Part shown: in pieces, positions 63,152-64,000 of the stretch | How positions within the stretch are numbered: the stretch's first letter is position 1 | How the letters are laid out: each line of letters starts with the position of its first letter | NCBI GenBank assembly: GCA_020724955.1 | Contig: DYFY01000002.1 | Span: 28,864 to 92,863, forward strand | Direction of reading: 5' to 3' | From: Candidatus Parvarchaeum sp. | Lineage (GTDB): Archaea > Nanobdellota > Nanobdellia > Pacearchaeales > GW2011-AR1 | Length of the DNA: 64,000 nt | Translations under genes and position numbers: made by a program | Notes under the pieces: model-generated | Told to the model about the DNA's origin: nothing | The model's database searches: none | What the model saw: only the letters and a program-made list of their open reading frames with translations

Positions 63152-63997
63152 CTAAGAAGATAAATCTATTTTATACTTAATATCATATTTTTCCCTGGCA
63201 CTCCGCATCGTTCTTTCTACATCCGAAGTTCCAATATCCCCAATAACTAAAAGCCTTCCAGCTTTTTTACCAGTGCGTTCTCTTTCAATTTTAACAGTTA
63301 ATCCTTTTTTTCTTGGATCTCTGCCAAGCCCTCTCAAATTTTTGGCTATAGAATGTAAAACCCCTGGCTGGTCCAAATTAGTCACAATAACTGAGTAAGC
63401 CCTTCTTTCTCTAAGTTCCTTTTCTAATCTTTCAGCAGAAGATAAAATTTTGGAGCTAACATACTCAATAAAAAGATTTTCTGAATCACTAGGAGAATAA
63501 ACAGAGCTCTTACTTCTATATCTGTCCCCTAAAACCTTCCTCATGAGGCTTCTATAAACTATAGACTCTTGAGCAGGAATTATTCCGGGAGGATAGTTAT
63601 TAGATTCAAGATGAAAATTTTGTAATAGCCTTGCGGCTCTTCCGTTACCATCTTCATACGGATGTATCCTAACTAGGTCTATATGGGAGTTTATAGCTCT
63701 TAAAACCGGGTGCAATTTAATATCTTCCAGCACTTCAATCATATTCTCCATCTGAGTTAAAACTTCTCTAGGATCAATTGCAGCAAATCCGCCAAACTGC
63801 AATTCTATTGTTCTATAGCCTTCTGATTTATTACAAGGTTCAATCAACTTGCCAATTTTTGAAAGATTAAAAACACCTACTCCATTTCTAGCCAAAAAAT
63901 CCCACGCTCGGTTTAAACCCTCTAGGGTTATCGCTGCTTCTTTGTGGCTTCCCCTGCTTTCTTCATACCCTCCACTCATAACTCTATTAAACTCCAA
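63152..63997 (-). CDS. Fic-domain protein; N-terminus may extend past the window edge
   Basis: HPYEDGNGRAARLL (Fic motif HxFx[DE]GNGRxxR with Y for F); ORF open to the window end (TTG at 63997, ATG at 63979). Confidence 0.75.
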   Translation of the reverse strand: MEFNRVMSGGYEESRGSHKEAAITLEGLNRAWDFLARNGVGVFNLSKIGKLIEPCNKSEGYRTIELQFGGFAAIDPREVLTQMENMIEVLEDIKLHPVLRAINSHIDLVRIHPYEDGNGRAARLLQNFHLESNNYPPGIIPAQESIVYRSLMRKVLGDRYRSKSSVYSPSDSENLFIEYVSSKILSSAERLEKELRERRAYSVIVTNLDQPGVLHSIAKNLRGLGRDPRKKGLTVKIERERTGKKAGRLLVIGDIGTSDVERTMRSAREKYDIKYKIDLSS

Positions 63998-64000
63998 TTC

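Noticed and set aside
1-64000. Genome-wide stop-codon reassignment as the explanation for interrupted genes
   Set aside because: TAA, TAG and TGA all terminate well-supported genes in this window, for example TAA at 430, TGA at 24632 and TAG at 29447.

Overview
AT-rich, gene-dense archaeal chromosome segment, probably from a small-genome DPANN-type lineage (inference). Archaeal markers include MCM, aRF1, aIF1A, aIF2-beta, L15e, NAC, Sec61-beta, deoxyhypusine synthase, FtsZ and MinD, plus a class III (pilin-type) signal peptide. I found 3 tRNAs (Ile-GAU, Gly-CCC, Asn-GUU), five aminoacylation genes (split MetRS, ValRS, AsnRS, AspRS, GatE-like), several toxin-antitoxin pairs, some decayed genes and a few bacterial-looking genes (ECF-type sigma factor, MnmA). 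No rRNA or CRISPR array was seen. The main result is the non-coding-rich block 8.4-14.15 kb. It holds seven hairpin-forming sites, each delimited by AAC...GTT, separating discrete cassettes whose ends are reverse complements of each other. Cassette ORFs are additionally enclosed by nested long-range helices. An exact 213-bp unit occurs three times, twice in tandem. A lox/dif-like palindrome lies about 50 nt upstream of a Xer-type tyrosine recombinase gene that overlaps topA. I read this as a candidate integron-like or dif-module-like cassette platform, or alternatively a large structured RNA array. All protein functions come from motif recognition by eye; no searches or folding programs were run.
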